Origin: Bacillus phage PBS1
Sequence record: NC_043027.1
Strand: one strand, 5' to 3'
DNA length: 32,000 nt
Shown here: positions 1 through 9,698 of the stretch, piece after piece
Layout of the letters: each line of letters starts with the position of its first letter
Position numbering within the stretch: position 1 is the stretch's first letter
Notes under the pieces: model-generated
Told to the model about the DNA's origin: nothing
The model's database searches: none
Seen by the model: the letters and a program-made list of their open reading frames with translations, nothing else
Position numbers and translations under genes: made by a program

Positions 1-1
1 A

Positions 2-163
2 GCAAAATATTGGGAATTGACTTTGCTGACCAACAGTCTTCAAGAAGCTAAAGAAAAAGTTAATGATTGGTTAAAAAATCCGCCAACTGGTCAATATGCT
101 CAAGCTGGATTGAATAACATCATTCTTTGTGAAGTTGTTCCTGTTGATATGGAAGTAATTTAA
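2..163 (+). CDS. 3' fragment of a small protein paralogous to the next two ORFs (truncated by window edge)
   Basis: Frame 2 reads AKYWELTLLTNSLQEAKEKVNDWLKNPPTGQYAQAGLNNIILCEVVPVDMEVI*, closely matching the C-terminus of ORF 185..784 (SLQEAKDKVNDWLRLPEIGSNYPLAGINSIMITEIVPSD). Confidence 0.8.
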   Translation, partial: AKYWELTLLTNSLQEAKEKVNDWLKNPPTGQYAQAGLNNIILCEVVPVDMEVI

Positions 164-184
164 CTTTAATAGGAGGAATTTAGT

Positions 185-784
185 ATGGGTAGATTTGATC
201 CAGTTGCATATAAATCACTAGCTAATGAAGATAATACATTTAATAAATTACGTCAAAAGACATGGGGAGTCTTTATTGTTAGTGAATATAAAGAAACAGA
301 TGGAGAACCTGTTCCAGTTAATGCATCTTCAATGAAAGAAGACTATACATTATTTGGAATTGAGAGTTCAAATTTGGCAAAAAAAGATTATTCTATTAAG
401 GATTATGATCCAAATGCGATTATTCCAAAAACTGGTCCAGAAGGTGAAGAAATTAAAACAATTCTTAATGTTTCTATTCTTAAAGATGGAGCAACCAAAC
501 TAGGAACTAAAAGAATTCTTGATGGTTCAATTTTTAGAGATAATCAACCTTATTATGCTGATAGTGATCTATTGTATGATAATGTTAAAATCTATTACTA
601 CTATTCAAAGGTAAAAGATTATTCATGGAATCTCGTATTACTAACAAAAAGTCTTCAAGAAGCCAAAGATAAAGTGAATGATTGGTTGCGTTTACCTGAG
701 ATTGGTAGCAATTATCCATTAGCTGGTATAAACAGCATAATGATTACAGAAATAGTACCTTCTGATAGTATAATTGAATTATAG
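185..784 (+). CDS. Phage protein of unknown function, member of a tandem paralog group
   Basis: Intact ORF with SD aggagg upstream; shares RQKxWGVFxxxS and AKxxxNDWLxxP...AGxxxIMxTEVxP with neighbours. Confidence 0.85.
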   Translation: MGRFDPVAYKSLANEDNTFNKLRQKTWGVFIVSEYKETDGEPVPVNASSMKEDYTLFGIESSNLAKKDYSIKDYDPNAIIPKTGPEGEEIKTILNVSILKDGATKLGTKRILDGSIFRDNQPYYADSDLLYDNVKIYYYYSKVKDYSWNLVLLTKSLQEAKDKVNDWLRLPEIGSNYPLAGINSIMITEIVPSDSIIEL

Positions 785-798
785 GGAGGGATATATAA

Positions 799-1068
799 AT
801 GGAATATTCTACAGTTGAATATAATGCTGTTTCAACAAGTAATAGTATTTTTAAACAACCTAGACAAAAAATGTGGGGAGTTTTTGTTGCAGTCAGTAAG
901 AATGGTAATATTAATAAATGGAAACTAATTTATTTAAATAATGATTTTGATGGTGCAAAAGAAATCTTTAATGATTGGTTGCAAAATCCAAAAGATCCGA
1001 AACTTGCGGGTATGGACAATATTATTATGACAGAAGTTCTTCCTGCTAATAGCTCTACGAGAAACTAA
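799..1068 (+). CDS. Phage protein of unknown function, short member of the same tandem paralog group
   Basis: ORF with upstream ggaggg SD; RQKMWGVFVAVS...AKEIFNDWLQNP...AGMDNIIMTEVLP. Confidence 0.85.
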   Translation: MEYSTVEYNAVSTSNSIFKQPRQKMWGVFVAVSKNGNINKWKLIYLNNDFDGAKEIFNDWLQNPKDPKLAGMDNIIMTEVLPANSSTRN

Positions 1069-1106
1069 AAATGAATGTAATGGGGTATTTCCCATTACAT
1101 TCATTT
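1069..1106. terminator. Perfect 16-bp intergenic hairpin directly after the stop codon
   Basis: aaatgaatgtaatggg / gtattt / cccattacattcattt; no U-tract follows, so terminator function is uncertain. Confidence 0.6.
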
Positions 1107-1123
1107 AATTAAAGAAAGGAGTA

Positions 1124-2143
1124 TTGTTATTTATGAATCTTTTAAAGGTAAGAGATGGTAGATTGGAATTAGATAATTTCTATACTAACAGTGACTTTGC
1201 TGATTTTTTAAATAAGGGTGGCACTCATAAGGATTTTGATGATAATTCTCTGTATATTGATACTAATGAAAGAATTGAAAGAACCCTAAATTATAATAAT
1301 TTTCTTATTGAAATTAAAAAAGAAAATTGGGAAGAATTAAATGATGATGAGAAATTTACATTTTATGTCGGTGATTCAGTAAATGAATATGGAATAAGTG
1401 AAGACAAGGATGAACCCATTCAAAAACAATTTCAGAAGATCATTTATTCTGAGGGTTATGTTCAATGTTATGTATCAGATGATGGTAAATCATGGCAGAA
1501 TCTAGGAGGTGTCAGTACTTTAGGTGAAAATATTATTAAACAGGGGTTTCAAAAAATAAGTACAAAAAGCGCAAAATTAATACATTATGCAGTCTATACT
1601 GATCCATTTTTAACTATTCAAAATTTTCCTGAAGGATACAGTGCTAAATTGTTTGATGAAACTAATACTTTAATTAAGGAAAGATTGTTTGATCTAAATA
1701 ATGAAGCTAGAATATTTTTAGATTACAATATCAATGGGTATCTAGCAATATATGACTTAGAGGGTAATGAAGTAATAAGAACTGATCAAATGAATTTTTC
1801 ATATGGAAATACATTTGTAGCTTGTGACTATAAGTTAGAAATGATTTACAAAGATCAAGTACTTCCAAATGAAGAAGTGACTGAAATTGATACTTACGGC
1901 TCTCCTCAATTAGTTACATTAAAGAATATTTCAGATAACCAGACATATAATAATTTAACTCTAACAACCGAAACACTTAGTGATGATTTGATTGAATTAA
2001 GTTTAGATAATATTAATTTTAGTGAATCAATTACTATACCTGATATACTTCCAAATGAAGAAGTAGATATTTATATTAATATAAATCGAGGAAAGAAAAC
2101 ACCAACATTTTCATATAGAGAGTTTTTATTTAAAGTTATTTAA
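1124..2143 (+). CDS. Hypothetical phage protein, possibly structural
   Basis: Long ORF; TTG start at 1124 or ATG at 1133, SD gaaagga upstream. Predicted beta-rich C-terminal region. Confidence 0.75.
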   Translation: MLFMNLLKVRDGRLELDNFYTNSDFADFLNKGGTHKDFDDNSLYIDTNERIERTLNYNNFLIEIKKENWEELNDDEKFTFYVGDSVNEYGISEDKDEPIQKQFQKIIYSEGYVQCYVSDDGKSWQNLGGVSTLGENIIKQGFQKISTKSAKLIHYAVYTDPFLTIQNFPEGYSAKLFDETNTLIKERLFDLNNEARIFLDYNINGYLAIYDLEGNEVIRTDQMNFSYGNTFVACDYKLEMIYKDQVLPNEEVTEIDTYGSPQLVTLKNISDNQTYNNLTLTTETLSDDLIELSLDNINFSESITIPDILPNEEVDIYININRGKKTPTFSYREFLFKVI

Positions 2144-2149
2144 TAATAC

Positions 2150-2212
2150 GACTAATATGTTTTTAAAATATATATTATATACTTGTTATAATATAATAAA
2201 AACATATTAGTC
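2150..2212. terminator. Perfect 16-bp inverted repeat, terminator-like or regulatory hairpin
   Basis: gactaatatgttttta ... taaaaacatattagtc, followed by tttt then aggagg. Confidence 0.5.
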
Positions 2213-2239
2213 TTTTAGGAGGTATTTTTTAAAAAAGTT

Positions 2240-2413
2240 ATGAAAAAAGATAACATTTTAAAGGAAAAGTTAGAAATTCGATGTCAGAGATGTGGAAATC
2301 TAGGAGCTAAAAGGAGGAGAACTAATACAAATTATATGGATGATGATAAAAACTTTGTTGTAGAATGCAATAAATGTTTTGTATTAACTGAAGAGTATTG
2401 GGAAGGACAATGA
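2240..2413 (+). CDS. Small zinc-ribbon-like protein (57 aa), absent from the supplied ORF track
   Basis: MKKDNILKEKLEIRCQRCGNLGAKRRRTNTNYMDDDKNFVVECNKCFVLTEEYWEGQ*; CxxC...CxxC pair; aggagg upstream although spacing is long. Confidence 0.6.
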   Translation: MKKDNILKEKLEIRCQRCGNLGAKRRRTNTNYMDDDKNFVVECNKCFVLTEEYWEGQ

Positions 2414-2446
2414 GAGATTTATTATTCACTTAGGGGATAAAAGGAG

Positions 2447-3079
2447 ATGTTTCATTTGGGAGTAAGAGCAATTAAAAAAGAAAAATATAATGAGAGTGTT
2501 AGACGATCATTTAGAAGTCATCTAAATAGTTTATTTGAAAGTGGATTTAAGAAAGACCCTGAAAACTTAGAATCACTTAAATTTGCAATTCATATTGAGG
2601 ATTTAATATTAAAGAGTAATTTTTATATTGATTATTATATTCCTAATAAGGGTTCTAATAAAGGTCAAATAATGAGAGCAGATGATATCTTAAATAAAAA
2701 GAAAGGTATGACTCAAGATATTACCATTCTTGAAAAATATGGTCATCTTGTTTCAGATGATTTAAGTTTTAAAAGAATCAATAGATATAATTATGGGAAA
2801 ATTGCTTTTAATACTAATACATATGATATTGGTATTATTAGAGGATACTATGATAATAATACTAAGACAAGAAAAAGATATAAAGTTGACTATTGTAGTA
2901 TTGGAGATAGTCTAACAATTAAGACAAGTGACTGGAACGAAGAATATTGTAAAGTTTATAATAGTAAAGATAAAATGATTCTTGGTGTTGAAGATGAACT
3001 ATCAATACATCCAGAAATCAATAAAGTATTGGAACACTTAGATTTTAAAATGGGAATCTTAAAATATAGAGGAAAATAG
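2447..3079 (+). CDS. Hypothetical protein
   Basis: Intact 210-aa ORF, tightly spaced with the downstream gene. Confidence 0.75.
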   Translation: MFHLGVRAIKKEKYNESVRRSFRSHLNSLFESGFKKDPENLESLKFAIHIEDLILKSNFYIDYYIPNKGSNKGQIMRADDILNKKKGMTQDITILEKYGHLVSDDLSFKRINRYNYGKIAFNTNTYDIGIIRGYYDNNTKTRKRYKVDYCSIGDSLTIKTSDWNEEYCKVYNSKDKMILGVEDELSIHPEINKVLEHLDFKMGILKYRGK

Positions 3080-3091
3080 GAGTATTTTATC

Positions 3092-3442
3092 ATGTGGACT
3101 AAAGAACAAATTGAGAAAGCATCTGAACATATTAAGAATCTAGCCTCAGAAACAGATAGTGAAGTTCAAAAATTGTTTGCCCTCCGCTTTGAATATATAA
3201 ACAATCAAGAACAAACGAGATATCGCATCTGTATGGTGGATGAATGTATAGAAAAATCTGAATGTTACTATGTATTTGTTTATATTTATAATGAAAAGGA
3301 TACAGATAGTATCCTTAATATTAATTTAGAAACTATTGAAGAAAGCTTTAATGCAGGATGCTATGTTACATGGGAATACTTTGAGGATAAAAAATTAATA
3401 CTTTCTGAATATCCTCATTTTATTTATGTAGAGAATCTTTAA
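3092..3442 (+). CDS. Hypothetical protein
   Basis: Intact 116-aa ORF in the same operon-like run. Confidence 0.7.
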   Translation: MWTKEQIEKASEHIKNLASETDSEVQKLFALRFEYINNQEQTRYRICMVDECIEKSECYYVFVYIYNEKDTDSILNINLETIEESFNAGCYVTWEYFEDKKLILSEYPHFIYVENL

Positions 3443-3473
3443 AAGAAAGATAAAAATTAGGAGATGAACAACT

Positions 3474-4166
3474 ATGAAAAAACTTCTTATTCTAACAATT
3501 CTAGCTACATTATTAATTCCATTTAATACTATTGAAGCAAAATCTAAAATTAGTACTCCTTATGCAACTGTTATGGATACAACACTAGTATTTGCTGATC
3601 CAAAGGGAAAATCTAGTCAAGGTACTGAATTTGTTTTATATGTAAAAAATAAAGGTAAATATGAAGAATATGAATCAATTGAGACTTATAATGGGGAATC
3701 TTATAATTTTATTAATGTTAGAAGAAATGGTCAGTACGCTATTTCTATTAGAAAGAATGGTAAAGAGAGTAGTTTGAAAAAATTTAAGGTTACTAAATCT
3801 AAAGAAAAGGTAAAATTAAGTGGAGAAGTATTTGATACAAGAAGAGTCTATTCGCCTCTACACGTTATTACTGATAGAAAAGGTAACTTTCATGTTGGAT
3901 TCAATAAAAAGGTATCAAATAAAAATGTAAAAATTAAAATGTATACTCTTGAGAAAAATGGTAAAAGAAAATATAGAGGAACTAAAAGTATAAAGGGAAA
4001 TAAACCACATAGAATTGATGCTAAATTTAATAAAACTAAAAAGTCAAGAAACTTTATTTTCACTTATACTATCGGTAAGAAAGAAAGTGAGTATACATTC
4101 TTAACATACGATAAAGAAGGGAAGTACATTGATGAAGAATTTGTTTCTAAAAAAGGAAAGAGATAA
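3474..4166 (+). CDS. Secreted protein of unknown function
   Basis: N-terminal signal peptide MKKLLILTILATLLIPFNTIEAKS; SD ggag upstream. Confidence 0.75.
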   Translation: MKKLLILTILATLLIPFNTIEAKSKISTPYATVMDTTLVFADPKGKSSQGTEFVLYVKNKGKYEEYESIETYNGESYNFINVRRNGQYAISIRKNGKESSLKKFKVTKSKEKVKLSGEVFDTRRVYSPLHVITDRKGNFHVGFNKKVSNKNVKIKMYTLEKNGKRKYRGTKSIKGNKPHRIDAKFNKTKKSRNFIFTYTIGKKESEYTFLTYDKEGKYIDEEFVSKKGKR

Positions 4167-4376
4167 ATGAGTGCTAAAAATATTGTCAAATTTCTTAATA
4201 ATATTATGATTATATTATCAGTGATTGGAGGGGTGTTAGCAATAGCACTCTTTATCACTAACTTTATTAGTGAAGATAGTTATTCATTTGTATCTACCCT
4301 TCTTATTGATTGGTTAGGTGTATTTTGTTCAGTCGGAGCATCTAATACAATCTTTTATTATATCATATTGAGATAA
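4167..4376 (+). CDS. Small membrane protein
   Basis: 69 aa with two hydrophobic segments (IMIILSVIGGVLAIALFIT; LLIDWLGVFCSVGASNTIFYYII); starts directly after the preceding stop. Confidence 0.65.
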   Translation: MSAKNIVKFLNNIMIILSVIGGVLAIALFITNFISEDSYSFVSTLLIDWLGVFCSVGASNTIFYYIILR

Positions 4377-4389
4377 TAAAGGGAAGTGA

Positions 4390-5022
4390 TTGATAATGGC
4401 AGACAAATATCCAAGTTTCGAAGTATTAGCAGAGAATGAAAAAAGAGGTATTGATTATGATATCTTTACTAGATTCAGTGGACTTAGGACTACAATTGTT
4501 TGTCCTCATGCTGGAGGGATTGAAGTTGGGACTAGTGAATTAGCTAGAAATACGGCTTTAACTGATTTCAATATTTATCTATTTGAAGGGTTAAAACCAA
4601 CTGATAATAAAGATCTTCATATTACTAGTGCAAAATTTGATGAGCCAACAGCATTAGAAATAATGAGTAAAAGTGAGTTTGCATTATCATATCATGGATT
4701 TAAATCTGATGAAAAATATACGATTGTTGGTGGCTCTAATGAAGAACTAAATAAAAATTTAGTTAAAAGGCTACAAAATGGAGGCTTTAATGCTGTTCTA
4801 GCTACTGACCGCTTTGCAGGTGCTGATCCAAACAATATTGTTAATAGAACAACAACAGGAATTGGAGTTCAACTCGAACTAAGTACCACTCAGAGAAAAG
4901 CATTCTTCCTAAATAATGATTGGAGTAAAAATAATCGTATGAATTTCACTGATGAATTTAGACTTTACGTAGCAATTGTAAGAGATTTTCTAAAATATAA
5001 TGAAAATCAAAATGTTGCATAA
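4390..5022 (+). CDS. Poly-gamma-glutamate hydrolase family protein (phage PghP/YjqB-YmaC type)
   Basis: Starts TIVCPHAGGIEVGTSELA, a recognisable motif of the family, plus LSYHGF and VQLELSTTQRKAFF. Likely start is the ATG at 4396 (MADKYPSFEVLAENE), after ggaag. Confidence 0.8.
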   Translation: MIMADKYPSFEVLAENEKRGIDYDIFTRFSGLRTTIVCPHAGGIEVGTSELARNTALTDFNIYLFEGLKPTDNKDLHITSAKFDEPTALEIMSKSEFALSYHGFKSDEKYTIVGGSNEELNKNLVKRLQNGGFNAVLATDRFAGADPNNIVNRTTTGIGVQLELSTTQRKAFFLNNDWSKNNRMNFTDEFRLYVAIVRDFLKYNENQNVA

Positions 5023-5028
5023 TTAATA

Positions 5029-5064
5029 AAATAAGACTATACCATAATTGGTATAGTCTTATTT
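5029..5064. terminator. Bidirectional terminator between convergent genes
   Basis: aaataagactatacca / taat / tggtatagtcttattt with flanking T-run; lies between 4390..5022(+) and 5069..7333(-). Confidence 0.85.
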
Positions 5065-5068
5065 TTTT

Positions 5069-7333
5069 TTAATAATGTACTTTAACCATATCATTTTTAA
5101 TGATTAATGTTAAGTTATCTTTAGTAAAAATATAATTATTCTTCTTATCCAATTCTAACTTTTCCCACCAACTACCAGTAAGAACTTTAGAGATCTTTTG
5201 TGTATTTAAGTCAATTGTTTGAGAAATAATAGATCTCTTAGTAACGTCAAGAACATTATTTAGAGATTCCAATTTATCTTTATCAGTAATACTATCATTA
5301 TTCACAATTGCTTCACAGAATCTAATAGTATTTTTCATTGCTTCAGCAGGAGCATTTTTCTTTTTATCATTTAAAACATCTTCAACTTTTGGAAGAGAAG
5401 ACCATCCTTTTAAAGTAAATTCTAGTAAACGACTCATATAGAAATCATCAGGGTGAGATTCAGCAACTTCTCGTCCAATACCTTGATATTCTAGTCTAGA
5501 ATTTAGACCATGTGCTTCTAATACTCGAATTTGATCAGCATTAAATTGTGCAAAATGTTCTGTCTTTTTCATGTTATATGATTTATTTTTCAATTCATTG
5601 ATATAATATTTAACCACTTTTTGTTTTGCTTTAAGAACATTAATGTCATGAACAATATTTAAAATATTCTCTGGATCATTATTTTTAGCATATAATCTAT
5701 TGATAATTGGAAGAGATTCTAAATTAAAGGTAACGTCAATGCTATTTACAGTTTTTTGCCCATCTTCTTCATTCCAATTAGCATCTAGATGCATGAATAA
5801 TTTATCAAAATCAATAACTCCTTCTTGATGTAATGCCAATAACTTATCATATGTGTCTTTATCAATACGTACAGTAATTTTATTTACATTGAGATTTCCA
5901 TCTTTAATGATAGTTTGAGTGCGGTAAATACATGAGTCAACTTCTTTAGGAAGATCCACACGTTTAGCTTCTATTGGGTTAATAGAAACCTTACCATTAA
6001 TTTTATAACGAATACTAATATTCAGATGTTTAGCGTTAAAAATTAGTTCATTCATAGGAGCTAATGGTTTTTCATCACTTTTCCTGAATACATTAAAAGT
6101 ATCAGTTACCTTCTTACCAATACGATTATATTCACTACTATCTAAAGGAATATAATAGTTATTTCCAGTTGTTAAAACTTTAAGCAGATCCATAACACAG
6201 AAAGCATCTTCTTTAGGAAGATATTCCTCTTCAGCTCTTCCATCTTTAAAACGTGTTTTATTAACAAAAATAGCTTTATTAAGCTCTTTCATATATTCTT
6301 GTCTTGCATCAGCAGTAAATGATTCCATATGTTTGTCAATGAAATACTTGTCACCAATACTCATATGCATAATATCAAGCGATTCATCTGCTTTTCCAGC
6401 ATAATATAACTCATAAGCTAATGCATATTTAAAGTTAGTCTCAGTAGTAACTGGGATTTTAGAATTAATTGAATCAACATCAATAATTTCATCATTTACT
6501 TTAATTTCTTTTGCATCAGTAATAATAAAGAATTGATTTTTAATTTTATTGAGGAAATCTAGATGCATACTTCCTTCAGAATACTTAGTGTTTTTATTAC
6601 TTAGATACAAAATTCTTGAATTTTCATCAGCATCAATAGTAACCTTCTCAGATACCATATCGCTTAAAATTTGATAGTTATGACTAAAAATATCATCATA
6701 ATCATTAATCTTACTAGAGTGAATTAATCGTCCAAACATAGTCTGAGCTGACATTTCTTCTAATAAAGCTCTATTATAATAATTACCATAACCAATTGTA
6801 TTTAAAGCCATAATATCATCTTTAATGGAATCAATTCTTTCCCAAATTAACTCATATTCTTTTTTCTCATTGCTTACTACAGGAACACCGTCAGTAAAGA
6901 AAGTCACATTAAAATTAGGACAGAGGGCTTTTAAGTCATCAATAATTTCTTTAACATGCAATAGTGATTCAGAAAAACAAGTAGCACCAACAGGTGATTT
7001 AAGAGTATCGAGTAAAATATTAATATCTTCAGAATCACGTTTTGATTTACCTTTAAACACTGTTTTACATTGACCTTCACTAGAGAACCAGATAACTGAA
7101 ATTAGATCATTATCACTCATTAATCGTAATGTACCTTTAACATTTTCAATTAATTGTGGTAAATCAGTATTCATTGACCAAGACCGATCTAATACATGGA
7201 TATGATGTAATCTATCAACTTCAATACTACTTTCTTTTACTTCTTCTTTAGAGTAATTGATAGCAATGACAGTTTTTTCAGTATTTCCCAATTTAATTTG
7301 ACTTTTATATGTTTTCATCATGTTCCTCCTCAA
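5069..7333 (-). CDS. von Willebrand factor A (VWA) domain protein, 754 aa
   Basis: HHIHVLDRSWSMNTDLPQL (MIDAS DxSxS), FTDGVP and related VWA segments; aggagga SD on the minus strand. Confidence 0.85.
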   Translation of the reverse strand: MRRNMMKTYKSQIKLGNTEKTVIAINYSKEEVKESSIEVDRLHHIHVLDRSWSMNTDLPQLIENVKGTLRLMSDNDLISVIWFSSEGQCKTVFKGKSKRDSEDINILLDTLKSPVGATCFSESLLHVKEIIDDLKALCPNFNVTFFTDGVPVVSNEKKEYELIWERIDSIKDDIMALNTIGYGNYYNRALLEEMSAQTMFGRLIHSSKINDYDDIFSHNYQILSDMVSEKVTIDADENSRILYLSNKNTKYSEGSMHLDFLNKIKNQFFIITDAKEIKVNDEIIDVDSINSKIPVTTETNFKYALAYELYYAGKADESLDIMHMSIGDKYFIDKHMESFTADARQEYMKELNKAIFVNKTRFKDGRAEEEYLPKEDAFCVMDLLKVLTTGNNYYIPLDSSEYNRIGKKVTDTFNVFRKSDEKPLAPMNELIFNAKHLNISIRYKINGKVSINPIEAKRVDLPKEVDSCIYRTQTIIKDGNLNVNKITVRIDKDTYDKLLALHQEGVIDFDKLFMHLDANWNEEDGQKTVNSIDVTFNLESLPIINRLYAKNNDPENILNIVHDINVLKAKQKVVKYYINELKNKSYNMKKTEHFAQFNADQIRVLEAHGLNSRLEYQGIGREVAESHPDDFYMSRLLEFTLKGWSSLPKVEDVLNDKKKNAPAEAMKNTIRFCEAIVNNDSITDKDKLESLNNVLDVTKRSIISQTIDLNTQKISKVLTGSWWEKLELDKKNNYIFTKDNLTLIIKNDMVKVHY

Positions 7334-7467
7334 GATTTTCAGTTTTACAATTGAGTGTTTGAACTTCTCATAAAAAGTTAGGAGAAAACCGTATCAAAAT
7401 TTTTTTATAAATATATATTATAATTGGGATAAATGGTGCAATTTATTCGAAAAGGAGAGAAAAAATT

Positions 7468-8217
7468 ATGGGGAGAATTTTTATGGAGAGTGAACAAGGG
7501 ATTGTGGAAGTGGAAGAAAAAGGAAATATTTATGAATTAACTGAAATCATGAAGGAAAAAGGTAGATCAGTGAAACTTAAGAAAACACATTTTATGGAAA
7601 GAGATGAATTAGTGAAGTCTATGGATTTTAATTTAGTATCAGATAGTGTTATTACTAATTTTGAATTACAATTTTTAATTGGAAACAGTGATGTTCTTAA
7701 TAGAAAAGATAGTGATATAGAATTATTTTTCCACAAAAGATTAAAAGTATTCCTAACAGAGATGTTAGTTGAAAAATTAACTAATAATGAAATTAAAGGT
7801 GCAACATATTCATTCTTTGGAAATATGGGAAATGAACATTTTGTATCACATATTGATAAAGTTCAAATTTTTAAAGATGAAAATAAAGCAAATTTTGTCT
7901 TCTCAAGTGTATTAGATGGGAAAATTAACAGCCTAGATGTTGATTTACATAAAATGAAAAATGAATTTCATGTTGATAAATTATTCAATATTATGAATAA
8001 TATTATCGGTGAAGATGTTCGTACTATTAATCTAAACTGTAGTTATAACACACTTAACAATAGACGATTATTTAATGTAAATATGTTACCTCTACTTATT
8101 GGCTATAAAACTAGCACTACACAAACTGAAAATTATCTATGTACCATCACAGTATTTGACATAAATCTTTGGAAGGAGCCATTTATGATAGATAAAGAGC
8201 TAGGAAGAAATATATAA
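7468..8217 (+). CDS. Hypothetical protein
   Basis: Intact 249-aa ORF with ggagag SD. Confidence 0.75.
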   Translation: MGRIFMESEQGIVEVEEKGNIYELTEIMKEKGRSVKLKKTHFMERDELVKSMDFNLVSDSVITNFELQFLIGNSDVLNRKDSDIELFFHKRLKVFLTEMLVEKLTNNEIKGATYSFFGNMGNEHFVSHIDKVQIFKDENKANFVFSSVLDGKINSLDVDLHKMKNEFHVDKLFNIMNNIIGEDVRTINLNCSYNTLNNRRLFNVNMLPLLIGYKTSTTQTENYLCTITVFDINLWKEPFMIDKELGRNI

Positions 8218-8235
8218 ATTATTTAAATATGGGAG

Positions 8236-9039
8236 ATGAGTGAAGAAATGACACCACCAATGGAGGAATATAGAGGATTATGTAATAGTGAAAGCATTCT
8301 AAGTATTTTTGATAGAAACTATAGATTTAGCGTTTCTAGAAATATTAAAGGTTTTAGCTTCACTGAGTCAATTAGAAATCCCTATGGCAACAATAAGATG
8401 AACATCGGATCCCTTTCACAAGATAAAGAAGGCATCATTAATGTTATAGATTATAGTAGATTAGATAAAGAATATAAATTGTCTAATCAAGTGGAATATG
8501 AATTCTTTATTAAAGATGTAAGAACTATTAATAAAGATTTTAAACTTTACAAAATATTCTTCTATAATGTTATTAGAGAAATGATATGGGAGAGAATAAA
8601 GGAAACTCAAACATTTGACGGTTACAAAATCCCAGATAACCTTGAAATTAACTTAGTTGATACAGTTAATTTCATGAGTATTGACATTCCTTCAAGAATG
8701 GTGAATTTTGATGAGATTCATTATAGTTATGGTAGATTTAATGATTCTATTAGTATTGATTTTGAATTTGCTAATAAATATATTGATTTAGATAAATTGA
8801 TTAATTTAGTTAATTCTGGTATTGAAAATAAAGAGCTAATAGAAATAGAAATGTCTCTACATACACATAGGAACTTTAAAGATAATAGAGATGATTATTT
8901 ATTTGATCTACCAATATTTATGAATTGCCACTCAGATCCAATAGACCCTAGAGATTCTAAGGAGGATTGGATAACAACAATGGCTATATTTAGTAATGAA
9001 CTATGGGATGGAAATTATGAAAATTTTATAAAAAAATAA
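8236..9039 (+). CDS. Hypothetical protein
   Basis: Intact 267-aa ORF; alternative in-frame ATG at 8248. Confidence 0.75.
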   Translation: MSEEMTPPMEEYRGLCNSESILSIFDRNYRFSVSRNIKGFSFTESIRNPYGNNKMNIGSLSQDKEGIINVIDYSRLDKEYKLSNQVEYEFFIKDVRTINKDFKLYKIFFYNVIREMIWERIKETQTFDGYKIPDNLEINLVDTVNFMSIDIPSRMVNFDEIHYSYGRFNDSISIDFEFANKYIDLDKLINLVNSGIENKELIEIEMSLHTHRNFKDNRDDYLFDLPIFMNCHSDPIDPRDSKEDWITTMAIFSNELWDGNYENFIKK

Positions 9040-9042
9040 AAG

Positions 9043-9088
9043 GAGGGAGTGAGTACATACCGTACCCCACTGCCCTTCTTTTTTTTTA
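9043..9088 (+). terminator. Imperfect GC-richer hairpin plus T-run
   Basis: gggagtgagtac...gtaccccactgccc followed by a long T-run. Confidence 0.7.
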
Positions 9089-9250
9089 TTCTGATTTTTC
9101 AAATTCAAATCCAATTAAATCTGATATTCCTAAGTTACCATCTTTACAATTACATATACTTGTTTTCTTAACTGGGATACCATTCCATGGTAATGGCTTA
9201 TCATTTATAAGACCAATTAATGATATTAGTCCATTAGGAACATGAGTACT
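9086..9250 (-). pseudogene. Possible remnant ORF without an evident start codon
   Basis: Minus-strand open frame THVPNGLISLIGLINDKPLPWNGIPVKKTSICNCKDGNLGISDLIGFEFEKSE*; stop codon just upstream and no ATG start. Confidence 0.3.
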
Positions 9251-9284
9251 TTAAATATAATTATTTCTTAAATATTTTCTATAC

Positions 9285-9500
9285 TTAATGTTTCATTCTT
9301 TTATTTAGCTCTTCCACAACTTTTTCAATATCACTTTCAAACCCATATGCATTTAAGAATGCATTAGGAGTAACTCTAGATTTTTCATTATACTGAATTA
9401 GTACTTGAAATAAATTAAGAAGGTTATTCTTTTTCATTTCTTCTAAGACGATATTATTTTCTTCAATAAAGCTAATTTTTTCAATAGTATTAACGCTCAT
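9285..9500 (-). CDS. Hypothetical protein
   Basis: 71-aa ORF, overlaps the adjacent minus-strand ORF start by a few nt; ggaggtt SD. Confidence 0.65.
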   Translation of the reverse strand: MSVNTIEKISFIEENNIVLEEMKKNNLLNLFQVLIQYNEKSRVTPNAFLNAYGFESDIEKVVEELNKRMKH

Positions 9501-9690
9501 TATTCAAACCTCTCCTTCTGATCTCTTTACTTGTTAAATCCAAGATTGAATTTTGACGTTTGATATATTCTTCTACAATATTACCACCAATTGAATGATC
9601 AAGAATTCTTCTCTTAGCATCCTCTTGACAAGCTAAGAGAGATTCATTATCTAGATTCTTAATACTATTAATATAAAATGCTGTATTCAT
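9490..9690 (-). CDS. Hypothetical protein
   Basis: 66-aa ORF with aggagg SD on minus strand. Confidence 0.65.
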   Translation of the reverse strand: MNTAFYINSIKNLDNESLLACQEDAKRRILDHSIGGNIVEEYIKRQNSILDLTSKEIRRRGLNNER

Positions 9691-9698
9691 ATTTCCTC

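Noticed and set aside
4064-4258. 64-aa minus-strand ORF
   Set aside because: Antisense to two plausible + strand genes; low-complexity hydrophobic translation.
6825-7073. 82-aa + strand ORF in the track
   Set aside because: Lies wholly antisense within the well-supported VWA-domain gene, no SD or recognisable domain.
7530-7736. 68-aa minus-strand ORF
   Set aside because: Shadow ORF antisense to 7468..8217.
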